This document shows positions 49,972 to 58,520 of a DNA stretch of 64,000 bases, piece by piece. The stretch is from Dehalococcoidia bacterium (lineage in GTDB: Bacteria; Chloroflexota; Dehalococcoidia; Lucifugimonadales; VXLM01), in the NCBI GenBank assembly GCA_965220255.1, contig OZ244816.1, positions 369,124 to 433,123 on the forward strand, read 5' to 3'. Positions within the stretch are counted from its first letter, which is position 1, and each line of letters begins with the position of its first letter. The translations under genes were made by a program, and so were the position numbers. Under the pieces are notes generated by a model. That model was not told the DNA's origin. It ran no database searches and saw only the letters and a program-made list of their open reading frames with translations.

Positions 49972-51216
49972 ATGAGCGCCTCGGACAGACTCGAACAGCG
50001 CCTTGTCGGCGTTCGCCTATCTGTCCTCAGGGAGCTTTCACAGCTCGCCACCGAACAAGGCATCGAACTGTATCTTGTCGGAGGGGCGGTCAGGGACGTT
50101 CTCGCGGATGTTCCCCTCACCGACATCGACATCATGGCGTCGGGCAATGTCGAACGGCTGGTGGAGTCGATTCGCCGACGTGCAGACGCCAAGGTCCGCA
50201 AGGCATCGGCATTCGGAACGTGGTCATTGACCGTTCGAGGCGTCGATGTGGATCTTTCGACGGCCCGCAGAGAGTCCTACGAGCGCCCCGGCGCTCTGCC
50301 CACGGTATTTCCCGGCACGATTGAGGACGATCTGGCGCGACGGGACTTCACCATCAACGCGATGGCGATATCGCTCTGCGATGACTCATGGGGCGACCTG
50401 CTCGATCCGCACGGTGGGGTGAAAGACCTGGAGCGCGGGCTTATTCGCGTACTGCATGACCGCAGCTTCGCAGACGACGCCACACGAATGCTCCGCGCGA
50501 TCCGCTATGCTTGCCGCCAGGGTTTTCAGTTCGCGTCGCATACCGGAGAATTGCTGGAGCGTGCCCTCCCCTGCATGAGCACCATCAGCCCTGACCGTGT
50601 GCGGCACGAGTTCGAGCGCATATTCAATGAACCACGCGCCGCGAAGATGATCGAGTTGGCGGGCAGGCTGGGAGTACTCTCCGCAGTCCATCCCGCACTA
50701 CGGGCGGACGCGACATCGCTAAGGGCGATTGGTGCCGAGCCGGAGGCTGACGCTCGAAAGGCCGAACTGCTGCTGGGTTCCATTGTGCAGTCCATTGAGG
50801 ACGTGGACGTGGAATCAGTAGTCGAAAGGCTCAATCTGAGTGCTGAGTGGACTCGGGTCGTTCGCGACGTGGTGGAGGTACACGGACGTACGAAGGAGCT
50901 CATGGGCGAGAACATCGCGAAGAGTCGCGTGTACCGGCTGCTGCAGGGCCTTGATTGCAGCGCCATTGAGTCGTGTGCGATGGCTGAAACCGACCTGAAG
51001 GTGGCTGCCATGCTCCGGCTGTACCTCGACGAGTTGCGGCATGTTCGCACTTCACTGGACGGTAACATCCTGATGGCGATGGGAGTGCCGCAAGGTCCGA
51101 CGGTCGGGCGGACGCTTGATACGTTGTTGGACGCCAGGCTCGACGGGCTTGCGGGGTCGGCGGAGGACGAGAGGCGACTTGTGCGCCGACTGCATAAGGG
51201 TGAGCAGGGAAACTAG
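49972..51216 (+). CDS. cca: CCA-adding tRNA nucleotidyltransferase / poly(A) polymerase family protein
   Basis: 414 aa. LYLVGGAVRDVL, DIDIM, RRDFTINAMA head-domain motifs. Confidence 0.75.
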   Translation: MSASDRLEQRLVGVRLSVLRELSQLATEQGIELYLVGGAVRDVLADVPLTDIDIMASGNVERLVESIRRRADAKVRKASAFGTWSLTVRGVDVDLSTARRESYERPGALPTVFPGTIEDDLARRDFTINAMAISLCDDSWGDLLDPHGGVKDLERGLIRVLHDRSFADDATRMLRAIRYACRQGFQFASHTGELLERALPCMSTISPDRVRHEFERIFNEPRAAKMIELAGRLGVLSAVHPALRADATSLRAIGAEPEADARKAELLLGSIVQSIEDVDVESVVERLNLSAEWTRVVRDVVEVHGRTKELMGENIAKSRVYRLLQGLDCSAIESCAMAETDLKVAAMLRLYLDELRHVRTSLDGNILMAMGVPQGPTVGRTLDTLLDARLDGLAGSAEDERRLVRRLHKGEQGN

Positions 51217-51222
51217 GCAGCT

Positions 51223-51930
51223 TCAACTCATGCGCTGAAGGTCAGCCCCGCTCAAGTGTGGCCGGATGCTATCGACGAATCGCCCCAGAGTCTCTTGAGG
51301 TGTGGCGTCTGTCGTGTCGAGGGTGAACTTGCGCTCGATGAGGCTGGCCTCGTATTCCTCATGGAAGCGGTCGAGGACGAGGGGGACATCCTGCTCCTTG
51401 AGGATGCCTCGGACCCGGGGGCGCTCAGACAAACGCCGGGAGACGGTGGCGGGATCGGTGGTCAGGAGCGCCAGCACCATGTCCGGCGCGTAGGGGAGAA
51501 GCTCAGCGTCCCACTCGCGCGCCCTCGCCGTGCGGTCGGCGAAAGTTCCTGGTGCGCCGTAGCCGTAGTAGAGGGGCGCGTAGACGGCTTCCGCATAGTA
51601 GAAGTTGATGAACAGCACGTCGGAGGCGCCGAGCAGGCCCGGGTGCATGTGCCGCCAGATGTTGTGACGCTGAAGCTGCTCCAGGACGTTGGGGCGGAGG
51701 GACATGATCTGCTCTTCGTCCTCATCCGTGTTCAGGTCGTGCTCGTCCTTCCCGATGACGGCATCCGAATCCTCTGCGCGGATGATAGTGTGACCATCAA
51801 GTCGAGGAACGACGAAGTGGTCGTGCCATCGAACGAGGGAAACGCCCATCTTCTCGATCATCCAACGGGATATGTTGGCTGCAAGGGTCGTCTTGCCGGT
51901 GTACTCGCAGCCGATGAGGATGAGTCGCAT
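51223..51930 (-). CDS. P-loop NTPase (NadR/AAA_28-like kinase family), function unknown; start set at internal ATG
   Basis: MRLILIGCEYTGKTTLA Walker A lies at the proposed N-terminus. The 24 extra codons of the listed ORF (to 52002) translate a family-D repeat element (PFVLSLSKHE). Confidence 0.45.
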   Translation of the reverse strand: MRLILIGCEYTGKTTLAANISRWMIEKMGVSLVRWHDHFVVPRLDGHTIIRAEDSDAVIGKDEHDLNTDEDEEQIMSLRPNVLEQLQRHNIWRHMHPGLLGASDVLFINFYYAEAVYAPLYYGYGAPGTFADRTARAREWDAELLPYAPDMVLALLTTDPATVSRRLSERPRVRGILKEQDVPLVLDRFHEEYEASLIERKFTLDTTDATPQETLGRFVDSIRPHLSGADLQRMS

Positions 51931-51963
51931 GAGATTTCGTGTGCTAGTGATTGCTGTTCGTTC

Positions 51964-51990
51964 ATGCTTCGACAGGCTCAGCACGAACGG
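51964..51990 (+). repeat. Family-D repeat (atgcttcgacaggctcagcacgaacgg)
   Basis: 15-nt identical core with 24009-24034. Confidence 0.7.
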
Positions 51991-51998
51991 GGCTTTGA

Positions 51999-53102
51999 TC
52001 ACACAGGGACGGCGCCGACGGCCCTGTTGAGGGCGGGCATGAGCTCGTTGGCGAACAATTCGAGGCTGTGGACCCAGCGATCTTTATCGTCCCAGTCGTA
52101 GGCCATCGTGACTAGGGTGCCGAACTCTCCCGTCTCTTCGACCATTGCCAGGAGCCTGTCGAGAGCATAGTCGACGTCTCCGGCGATGATCTGGTCGCTC
52201 ATCCAGAAGTCCAAGTTGCAGTCGGCGTCGGACATGTCCTGATCACGCTTCATCATTCCCCGCCCCGCGCCTCCACGGCTCAGAAGATCGCCGATGTAGT
52301 TGAAGCCGCCGGCGAGTGAGTTTGTCCTCGCAATGGTTTGGGCCTCCTCCGTCGTGTCGGCGAGGAAGACGGCTCGCGCTATTTTGAAGTCGGACCGATC
52401 GGGCACGTGCCCCGCCTCATACGATGCGGTCTCGTACGTCTCCCAAATGTTGGCGACGACGTTTGTCGTGATGAGGCTGTGTGCGAAGGGTTGGAATCCC
52501 CGCTGTCCGGCAGCCTTGGCTGTGCCTGAGTTCCATGAGGTTATGGGCATGGAGATGGGAGGGTGTGGCTGTTGATAGGGCTTGTGGACGATGCCGAGTC
52601 CGACTTCGAGGTCGATGTGCTCCTGCATCCCGATGTTCCAAAACTCACCTTTCAGATCGATGGGGCCATCGGACGACCACAGGTTGAGGATCATGTCCAT
52701 CGACTCGGCGACCATTCGCGATGAGTCCTTTGGTTCAATACCCAGGATCTCCAAGTCGGTGGAGACGCTGCCGGGGCCGAAGCAGAGATCGAGCCGGCCC
52801 CTGCACAGGTTGTCGAGCATGGCAAGCCTGCTCGCCACTAGAAGCGGGTGGTGCTGCTGGAGACACACGGGGGCCGGGCCCATGTGGATGTTCTTCGTCT
52901 GCGGCATGGCGGCCGCGATGAAGAGCTCCGGCATCGTGATGTTCTCGTACGCCATCGTGTGGTGCTCACCGATCCAGAACTCATCGAAACCCAGTTCGTC
53001 CGCGCGGATGGCCAGTTCCAGGTCCTCGTCGTAGCACTGTGCCAGAGGCTTGGCAGGGTCGTGAAAGGGCATGATGAAGATTCCGGACTTGATCGGCGGC
53101 AT
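51999..53102 (-). CDS. Luciferase-like (LLM-class) flavin-dependent oxidoreductase
   Basis: 367 aa. GIFIMPFH...LELAIRADELGFDEFWIGEHHT, a TIM-barrel LLM pattern. Confidence 0.8.
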   Translation of the reverse strand: MPPIKSGIFIMPFHDPAKPLAQCYDEDLELAIRADELGFDEFWIGEHHTMAYENITMPELFIAAAMPQTKNIHMGPAPVCLQQHHPLLVASRLAMLDNLCRGRLDLCFGPGSVSTDLEILGIEPKDSSRMVAESMDMILNLWSSDGPIDLKGEFWNIGMQEHIDLEVGLGIVHKPYQQPHPPISMPITSWNSGTAKAAGQRGFQPFAHSLITTNVVANIWETYETASYEAGHVPDRSDFKIARAVFLADTTEEAQTIARTNSLAGGFNYIGDLLSRGGAGRGMMKRDQDMSDADCNLDFWMSDQIIAGDVDYALDRLLAMVEETGEFGTLVTMAYDWDDKDRWVHSLELFANELMPALNRAVGAVPV

Positions 53103-53273
53103 GGGTGTACCTCATCGAATTTGTTCGGGCATGTTGAAGGGCAATTGTCCTCCAGCGCTCCGAGCTTTGCAAGGTGCGGAAGAGGGCGTGTTGGTTGGCG
53201 GATACTTCCTCCCTGCCCTCTGACAGAGGTAGGCAAAATGTGATTACAGCCATGATCCATCCGACGCAACTCT

Positions 53274-53298
53274 GTCATTCCGAGCAGAGCGAAGAATC
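53274..53298 (+). repeat. Family-B repeat module gtcattccgagcagagcgaagaatc
   Basis: Shares termini with 21310, 21449 (reverse complement) and 53366 (reverse complement). Confidence 0.8.
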
Positions 53299-53365
53299 TA
53301 AAATGTTGGCCATCATCATGATATGTTTCCGGCTGCGGAGTTTGGCTCGGAGAACGTGTATTTGA

Positions 53366-53447
53366 GATTCCTCTCTCCACTTCGCTGCGTTCGGAATGAC
53401 ATGACCTCAACTGTGACTCGCAGGTAAGAAACGCCAAATGCCTACCC
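53366..53447 (-). repeat. Composite repeat unit, inverted relative to 21256-21345
   Basis: Reverse complement reads gggtaggcatttg, 34 nt, then gtcattccgaacgcagcgaagtggagagaggaatc. Confidence 0.75.
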
Positions 53448-53531
53448 TTATCATCTCTCCCCCTCATTAGGGGCACGACGTGGAGTAACTGTTCAGACTT
53501 CGTGAGATCCCTCGACGCATACACAGCCACC

Positions 53532-53555
53532 GTCATACCCGCCAAAGCGGGTATC
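53532..53555. repeat. Family-A hairpin variant gtcatacccgccaaagcgggtatc
   Basis: The stem ATACCCGC/GCGGGTAT differs from the canonical copy by a compensatory T:A to A:T pair change. The loop is CAAA. Confidence 0.8.
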
Positions 53556-53887
53556 CACAGGGGTGGAGTGTTCGCCTCAACAACTCTGAACACTTACGAC
53601 GTGGATGTTAAGGCATGATGATCCCTGCAGGCTTGAGACGATATGGGATTCCTAGCGGGAATGGAAAGTGGGATCCGGCCTCCGCCGGAATGCCGTGGGG
53701 CTCTTCGGCGAAATGACCGAGGCAGTAGGATCAGGGAGGCTTTCGCGGTCGTGACAAGTGCTGAGACAGAGGGGGGCGTATACTGGAACGTTGATTGACT
53801 TATCTTCCTATAAATGCTAAAAGTGAGGGAACGCAATTCGAACCGGCAACAAAGTGCGGAAATGAGATTCTCAATTCTGAGAGGAGA

Positions 53888-56338
53888 ATGACTATGCGAC
53901 GAACACTCTTGAATATGGGAGGGTTTGCGGCCCTGGTGGTTATCGTCACCATGGTTGGGGCCCTCGCGTGCGAGTCGTCGGAAGAGCCGGCACAGCCCAT
54001 ACCGGCAGCAAGGGCTGCTCCCGCGGCTCCTGCTGCAGATCCTGCCCCTGCCCAGGAATACGAAACTATGGCGCCGCAGGCGCAGCAGCAGCCGGCTCCT
54101 GCCGCACCTGCCAGGTCGGCAGACCAGCCTGACGCGCCGGTGAGTGCGGGAGTCGGTGCTGTTGTCGCTACGGCTCCGGGGCGTGAGGGCGAGGACCCAG
54201 CCGACGCGATGGCTAGCTTCGAGTACATGGCGCCGAAGCTGGAGCCGGGCGGCTATCCGTCTCATCAGTGGGACGGTCCGATTCCCACGAAATTCAGTGA
54301 GTCCCCGCAGTCGGCGGCGTTGGTCAGGTCGGGACAAATTCTTCCTGTGGAAGAGCGTCTGCCCGTGCACGAGGACATCTGGGTCATCGCGCCGTATGAC
54401 GAGATTGGCGTATACGGCGGAAACATGAGGATAACGACCCACCACGTCAAGACGCTGGACCACCTGGCGGTTACCAGCCTGGTTAATGGCGACCCGACGG
54501 GCACCAGCGAGCCTCGGCTCATCAAGGGCTGGGAAGTGAGCGATGACGGCAGGAAGTACACCTTCACGAACCGTCGGGGCGCTCGATGGTCGGACGGCTA
54601 CCCGATGACCATCGAGGACGTCAGGTTTGCAATGGAAGACCTGATGTACAACACTGAGCTCAACCCGAACCTGCCGGCCGAGTTGAAGTCGCAGATTACC
54701 GGAAACCCGGCGAGCTTCGCGGTCGTTGACGACGTGACCTGGACCATTGAGTTCGACGACCCGTACTACGACCTCGCAAGCTCCAGGCACATGTGGGGAT
54801 CGTCCAAGACACGAGGGTGCCCGCGCTGCTACTACGCTCCCTCGCACGTCTACAAGCGCTACCACCAAAAGTACAACCCTGACGAGATCGACGCCCTGAT
54901 GGCGCAGTACGAGCAGGAAAGCATCCGAGGCCTCCAGAACCGGATCGACAACATCCGCAACGGTCCCGGAAGTGACTGGCGGCAGACGGGACCGATACCG
55001 ACGGAGTTCGATCCGAACTTCATCTACAAGGGCGACATCTACACGCCGGCCATGTCCGAGCTGATCCAGACCCGGTGCTGTGAGGGTGGACGCGCAGCGG
55101 TGCGGAACCACTACTTCATGGGTGTAGACCCTGAGGGCAACCAGATGCCGTACATCGACGAGCAGATTCTCATCCTCACCGAGGACAGGACTGCCTCCGT
55201 CTTCCGCGCCATGAACGGCGAGAACGACTACTACGGCGGTTCGATGATCCTCAGCGAGCTGCCCCTCTACATGGCGAACATGGAGAAGGGCGACTACAGC
55301 GTCTACATCTTCCGCTCGCCGGCAGGAAACGACTCGGCGACAGCGGTACAGAACGAGTTCGTGCAGGACCCCGAAATGGGACAGCTCCTCCGCACGAAGG
55401 ACTTCCGCAAGGCGCTCTCGATAGCGACCGACCGGAACGAGATGAACGAAGTTGTGGCGAGCGGAATCGGCACTCCGCAGCAGTGGATCCCTCATGCGAG
55501 CACGCCGTACTTCCCGGGCAAGGAGTACGCCGACCTTGACGCCAGCATCGACCTCGACGGCGCCAAGGCAATCATGGCGAACCTGGGTTACTCGGACGCG
55601 AACGGCGACGGATACCTCGATCGCAAGGACGGGAGCGGACCGCTGTCGCTGCACTACATAGCCAGTTCCACCTACTTCCCTCACATCGAGATCCTGCAGG
55701 ACCACTGGGGCCAGTTGGGAATCAAGGTTGACATCGAGGAAGGCGGTTCCGGGGGAGTCCGGCAAGAAAACCCAACGCTCCCGTTCGAGCACCACATCTC
55801 GCTCTACTCGATGAACCAGTGGACCGTCCAATGGACCCGCGCCTTCGCAGGCACGAGCGGCAGTCCTCTCGGCGCCGCGATGGGCAACTACTGGGCATCG
55901 TTCGGTGAGCAGGGAATGGCCCCCACGGGCGGCGATCCGCTGTACACGGACGCCTACGGCAACCAAGCCCCGGTGGGCAACTACCCTGCTGACATCACCG
56001 GCAACATCATGAGGAAGCAGGACATCTGGCGGACGGGCATCCAGACCGGCCCGGTGCTCCATCCTGAGCGTGTCGAGATGGGCAAGGAGTTCTGGCGGAT
56101 CAGCGCCGAGGAGAAGTACAACATCGGCTACCTGGCCTTCATGGGCATCGTTCGCGGCATGACGATGAAGCGCAACAACCTCCGCAACGTGCCGAAGAAC
56201 CACGTGGCCCTCGAGGCGAAAGGTATCCTGGGCGCGTACTACTTCGAGGACGGTCTCGACAACATCAGCAATCCTGGCAACAGGTCGCAGAAGTACAAGA
56301 GCGTACACTTCCTCGATCCTGAGTACTGGACGCAATAG
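53888..56338 (+). CDS. ABC-transporter substrate-binding protein, family 5 (oligopeptide/nickel-type), lipoprotein-like, with Pro/Ala-rich tether
   Basis: ATG 53888 is preceded by GAGAGGAG. Signal FAALVVIVTMVGALAC, then about 60 aa of P/A/Q-rich linker, then SBP_bac_5-like blocks (KGWEVSDDGRKYTFTNRRGARWSDGYPMTIEDVRFA). Confidence 0.8.
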   Translation: MTMRRTLLNMGGFAALVVIVTMVGALACESSEEPAQPIPAARAAPAAPAADPAPAQEYETMAPQAQQQPAPAAPARSADQPDAPVSAGVGAVVATAPGREGEDPADAMASFEYMAPKLEPGGYPSHQWDGPIPTKFSESPQSAALVRSGQILPVEERLPVHEDIWVIAPYDEIGVYGGNMRITTHHVKTLDHLAVTSLVNGDPTGTSEPRLIKGWEVSDDGRKYTFTNRRGARWSDGYPMTIEDVRFAMEDLMYNTELNPNLPAELKSQITGNPASFAVVDDVTWTIEFDDPYYDLASSRHMWGSSKTRGCPRCYYAPSHVYKRYHQKYNPDEIDALMAQYEQESIRGLQNRIDNIRNGPGSDWRQTGPIPTEFDPNFIYKGDIYTPAMSELIQTRCCEGGRAAVRNHYFMGVDPEGNQMPYIDEQILILTEDRTASVFRAMNGENDYYGGSMILSELPLYMANMEKGDYSVYIFRSPAGNDSATAVQNEFVQDPEMGQLLRTKDFRKALSIATDRNEMNEVVASGIGTPQQWIPHASTPYFPGKEYADLDASIDLDGAKAIMANLGYSDANGDGYLDRKDGSGPLSLHYIASSTYFPHIEILQDHWGQLGIKVDIEEGGSGGVRQENPTLPFEHHISLYSMNQWTVQWTRAFAGTSGSPLGAAMGNYWASFGEQGMAPTGGDPLYTDAYGNQAPVGNYPADITGNIMRKQDIWRTGIQTGPVLHPERVEMGKEFWRISAEEKYNIGYLAFMGIVRGMTMKRNNLRNVPKNHVALEAKGILGAYYFEDGLDNISNPGNRSQKYKSVHFLDPEYWTQ

Positions 56339-56406
56339 ACCGACAGATTGAAACACACCATCCGTTCGCCCTCCGACAAGCGCGGGGTGAACGGATGGAA
56401 AAAGCC

Positions 56407-56450
56407 AAAAGCAAGAGGCCCGGGGCGAATGCCCCGGGCCTCTTTGTTTG
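56407..56450. terminator. Bidirectional rho-independent terminator between the SBP gene and rpsI
   Basis: Perfect 11-bp stem gaggcccgggg/ccccgggcctc (56415-56425 and 56432-56442), 6-nt loop. Flanked by AAAAGCAA upstream and TTTGTTTG downstream. Confidence 0.7.
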
Positions 56451-56475
56451 CTCTACTCCAACCGCTGATGTGAAG

Positions 56476-56871
56476 CTACCGCTTGGAGAACTGCTCCTTC
56501 TTGCGGGCTCGCTGGAGACCGTACTTCTTGCGCTCCTTCTCGCGAGCGTCTCGGGTGAGGAATCCACCTCGCTTCAGAGTCGACCGCAGTGAGGGGTCCA
56601 TCTCCAGCAGGGCGCGGGATATCCCATGCTTGAGCGCGCCGGACTGGCTGACGACGCCGCCGCCGGAAACCTTGGCGACGACTCGCACCTGGCCGAAGGT
56701 ATCCGTGGCCTCGAGCGGCGAGTTTATGATGTCCTGCCACGACTTCCATGGATAGGTCTCCTCCATGGGCTTGCCGTTGACGACGATCGGTCCACGCTCC
56801 ACGTAGAGCCGGACGCGCGCGACGGAGGACTTTCGACGCCCCGTCCCGTAATAATATTGCTGCGATACCAC
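56476..56871 (-). CDS. rpsI: 30S ribosomal protein S9
   Basis: 131 aa. YYGTGRRKSSVARVRL..., C-terminal KKYGLQRARKKEQFSKR. Confidence 0.95.
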   Translation of the reverse strand: MVSQQYYYGTGRRKSSVARVRLYVERGPIVVNGKPMEETYPWKSWQDIINSPLEATDTFGQVRVVAKVSGGGVVSQSGALKHGISRALLEMDPSLRSTLKRGGFLTRDAREKERKKYGLQRARKKEQFSKR

Positions 56872-56934
56872 CTGTATTGTCCTCCTGTGAGGGTTCTCCC
56901 CTTGCTTGGCGGGGAGATGTCGTTGTGTTCTTTC

Positions 56935-57357
56935 CTACTTGCCGACGCTGACCTGAGCTTCGTGGGGATGATCCGGACCCGCGTATACCTTGAGGCGGCG
57001 GATCATCTGCCGTCCGAGCCTGCTCTTGGGGAGCATTCCTTTCACGGCAAGCGTGACCGCGTCGCCCGGCTTCTTCTCCAACAGCGATCCGAGGTTCCGT
57101 TCCCTGAGACCGCCGTGGTAGCCGCTGTACCGGTAGTACATTTTCTGTTCCAACTTCCGGCCGGTGACCGATATCTTCTCGGCGTTCACGACGACCACGA
57201 AGTCGCCGCTGTGCAGGTAGGGCACATACGTCGGCTTGTGCTTACCCATGAGTAGGGTCGATATTTCCGAGCATACGCGTCCAAGGGTCTTTCCCTCCGC
57301 ATCGACGACGTGCCACTCGGGAGTTGCGTTCGGATTTGTTGCCGTTGCCATTGTCAA
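56935..57357 (-). CDS. rplM: 50S ribosomal protein L13
   Basis: 140 aa. WHVVDAEGKTLGR..S.I...L.GKHKPTY.P....GD.VVVVNAEKI. Confidence 0.95.
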   Translation of the reverse strand: MTMATATNPNATPEWHVVDAEGKTLGRVCSEISTLLMGKHKPTYVPYLHSGDFVVVVNAEKISVTGRKLEQKMYYRYSGYHGGLRERNLGSLLEKKPGDAVTLAVKGMLPKSRLGRQMIRRLKVYAGPDHPHEAQVSVGK

Positions 57358-58118
57358 TTTCCTTCAGATAGCTTATCAGACTGTTCGTATTTGACGCTAA
57401 CGAGACAGAGGCCCTGGGGCGGCAGCGCGCGGGCTGCGATCCCGTCGACGGGGCCGTTCAATAGTCGTCCCACCTCTTCTCCCGTCAACTTTCCCAGTCC
57501 TATGTCCACCAGCGCTCCCGACATTCGGCGTACCTGGTGCGGGAGAAAGGCGTTTCCGGTCACCTCGATTCGGACGGTCTCTTCGATTTCCCGTATGTCT
57601 ATTGAGAAAATCTCCCTGACGGTGCTCGCTTCGGGCCGTTCCAGCGGGCCTGAGAACTGCGCGAAGTCGTGTATTCCTTCGAGCATCCCGGCGGCCTGGG
57701 TCATTCGCTCCGCATCGACCGGTCGTCCCAGGTGGTAGGTAGTCCGTCTTCGAATCGGTGACCGCGTTTGTCCGCAATCGATGGTGTAGACGTACTTCCT
57801 CTCTGTGGCGCACCTTCTCGGATCGAAGGTGTCGGATACTTCTCGCGCATCCTTCACCGCAATGTCGTTCGGAAGGTGGCTGTTGAGCGCCCTGACGACG
57901 ACCTCGGCGGGATGGCCTGCATCCGAGTCGAAGGCGACCACTTGCCCGGTGGCATGGACGCCGGCGTCGGTGCGTCCGGCAGCCTTGATTCGCACGGCCT
58001 CGCCGGTGAAGCGGGCTATTGCCTTTTCAATTTCCTCCTGTACCGTTCGTGCGTTCTTCTGATACTGGAACCCGCTGTAGCGCGTTCCGTCATATTCGAT
58101 GATGAGTGCGTATCTCAA
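57354..58118 (-). CDS. truA: tRNA pseudouridine(38-40) synthase TruA
   Basis: 254 aa. MRYALIIEYDGTRYSGFQYQ, AAGRTDAGVHATGQVV with the catalytic Asp. The stop overlaps the rplM start by 4 nt. Confidence 0.9.
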   Translation of the reverse strand: MRYALIIEYDGTRYSGFQYQKNARTVQEEIEKAIARFTGEAVRIKAAGRTDAGVHATGQVVAFDSDAGHPAEVVVRALNSHLPNDIAVKDAREVSDTFDPRRCATERKYVYTIDCGQTRSPIRRRTTYHLGRPVDAERMTQAAGMLEGIHDFAQFSGPLERPEASTVREIFSIDIREIEETVRIEVTGNAFLPHQVRRMSGALVDIGLGKLTGEEVGRLLNGPVDGIAARALPPQGLCLVSVKYEQSDKLSEGN

Positions 58119-58154
58119 TGTTCTTCCTACGCACCGCCATTTGCCTGCCGCCCT

Positions 58155-58508
58155 CTACTCAACCAGTTCCAATTGCGCCATGGGGGATGCGTCGCCCTTT
58201 CGCGGGCCGATCTTGATGATTCGGGTGTACCCGCCGGGGCGCTCGTCAAAGCGCGGGCCGATCTCGTCGAAGAGTTTGGCGACCACTTTCTCATCCGTGA
58301 GGAACGAGGCAGCCATGCGCCTCTGGTGGAGGGTGCCCTTCTTCGCGCGGGTGATTACCTTTTCGGCGAGGCGCTTTACTTCTTTCGCCTTCGGTTCGGT
58401 CGTTCGTATGGTCTCGTGACGCAGCAGGTCGGTGACAAGGCCACGCAGCATCAGCATGCGGTGAGCCGTATCGCGACCGAGCTTGCGTCCTGCAACTTTG
58501 TGTCTCAC
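58155..58508 (-). CDS. rplQ: 50S ribosomal protein L17
   Basis: 117 aa. [24 protein letters not shown]...[12 protein letters not shown]. Confidence 0.95.
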   Translation of the reverse strand: MRHKVAGRKLGRDTAHRMLMLRGLVTDLLRHETIRTTEPKAKEVKRLAEKVITRAKKGTLHQRRMAASFLTDEKVVAKLFDEIGPRFDERPGGYTRIIKIGPRKGDASPMAQLELVE

Positions 58509-58520
58509 GTTCGAATCTCC

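Noticed and set aside
21256-53555. Whether the recurring short palindromes form a CRISPR array
   Set aside because: Copies are scattered over 32 kb and often in inverted pairs. They show no regular repeat-spacer periodicity, their lengths vary, and no cas genes are present. They fit REP/MITE-like elements instead.
52838-53593. 251-aa minus-strand ORF spanning the long intergenic region
   Set aside because: Its 3' part overlaps the LLM gene out of frame. The rest translates intergenic repeat modules (IPALAGMTV, HSERSEVERGIS). There is no start context or motif.
53594-56356. 920-aa ORF on the minus strand, the longest in the window
   Set aside because: It is exactly antisense to the well-supported family-5 SBP gene. 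The translation is R/V/H/L-rich with no recognisable motif. This is a typical stop-poor antisense frame in high-GC DNA.
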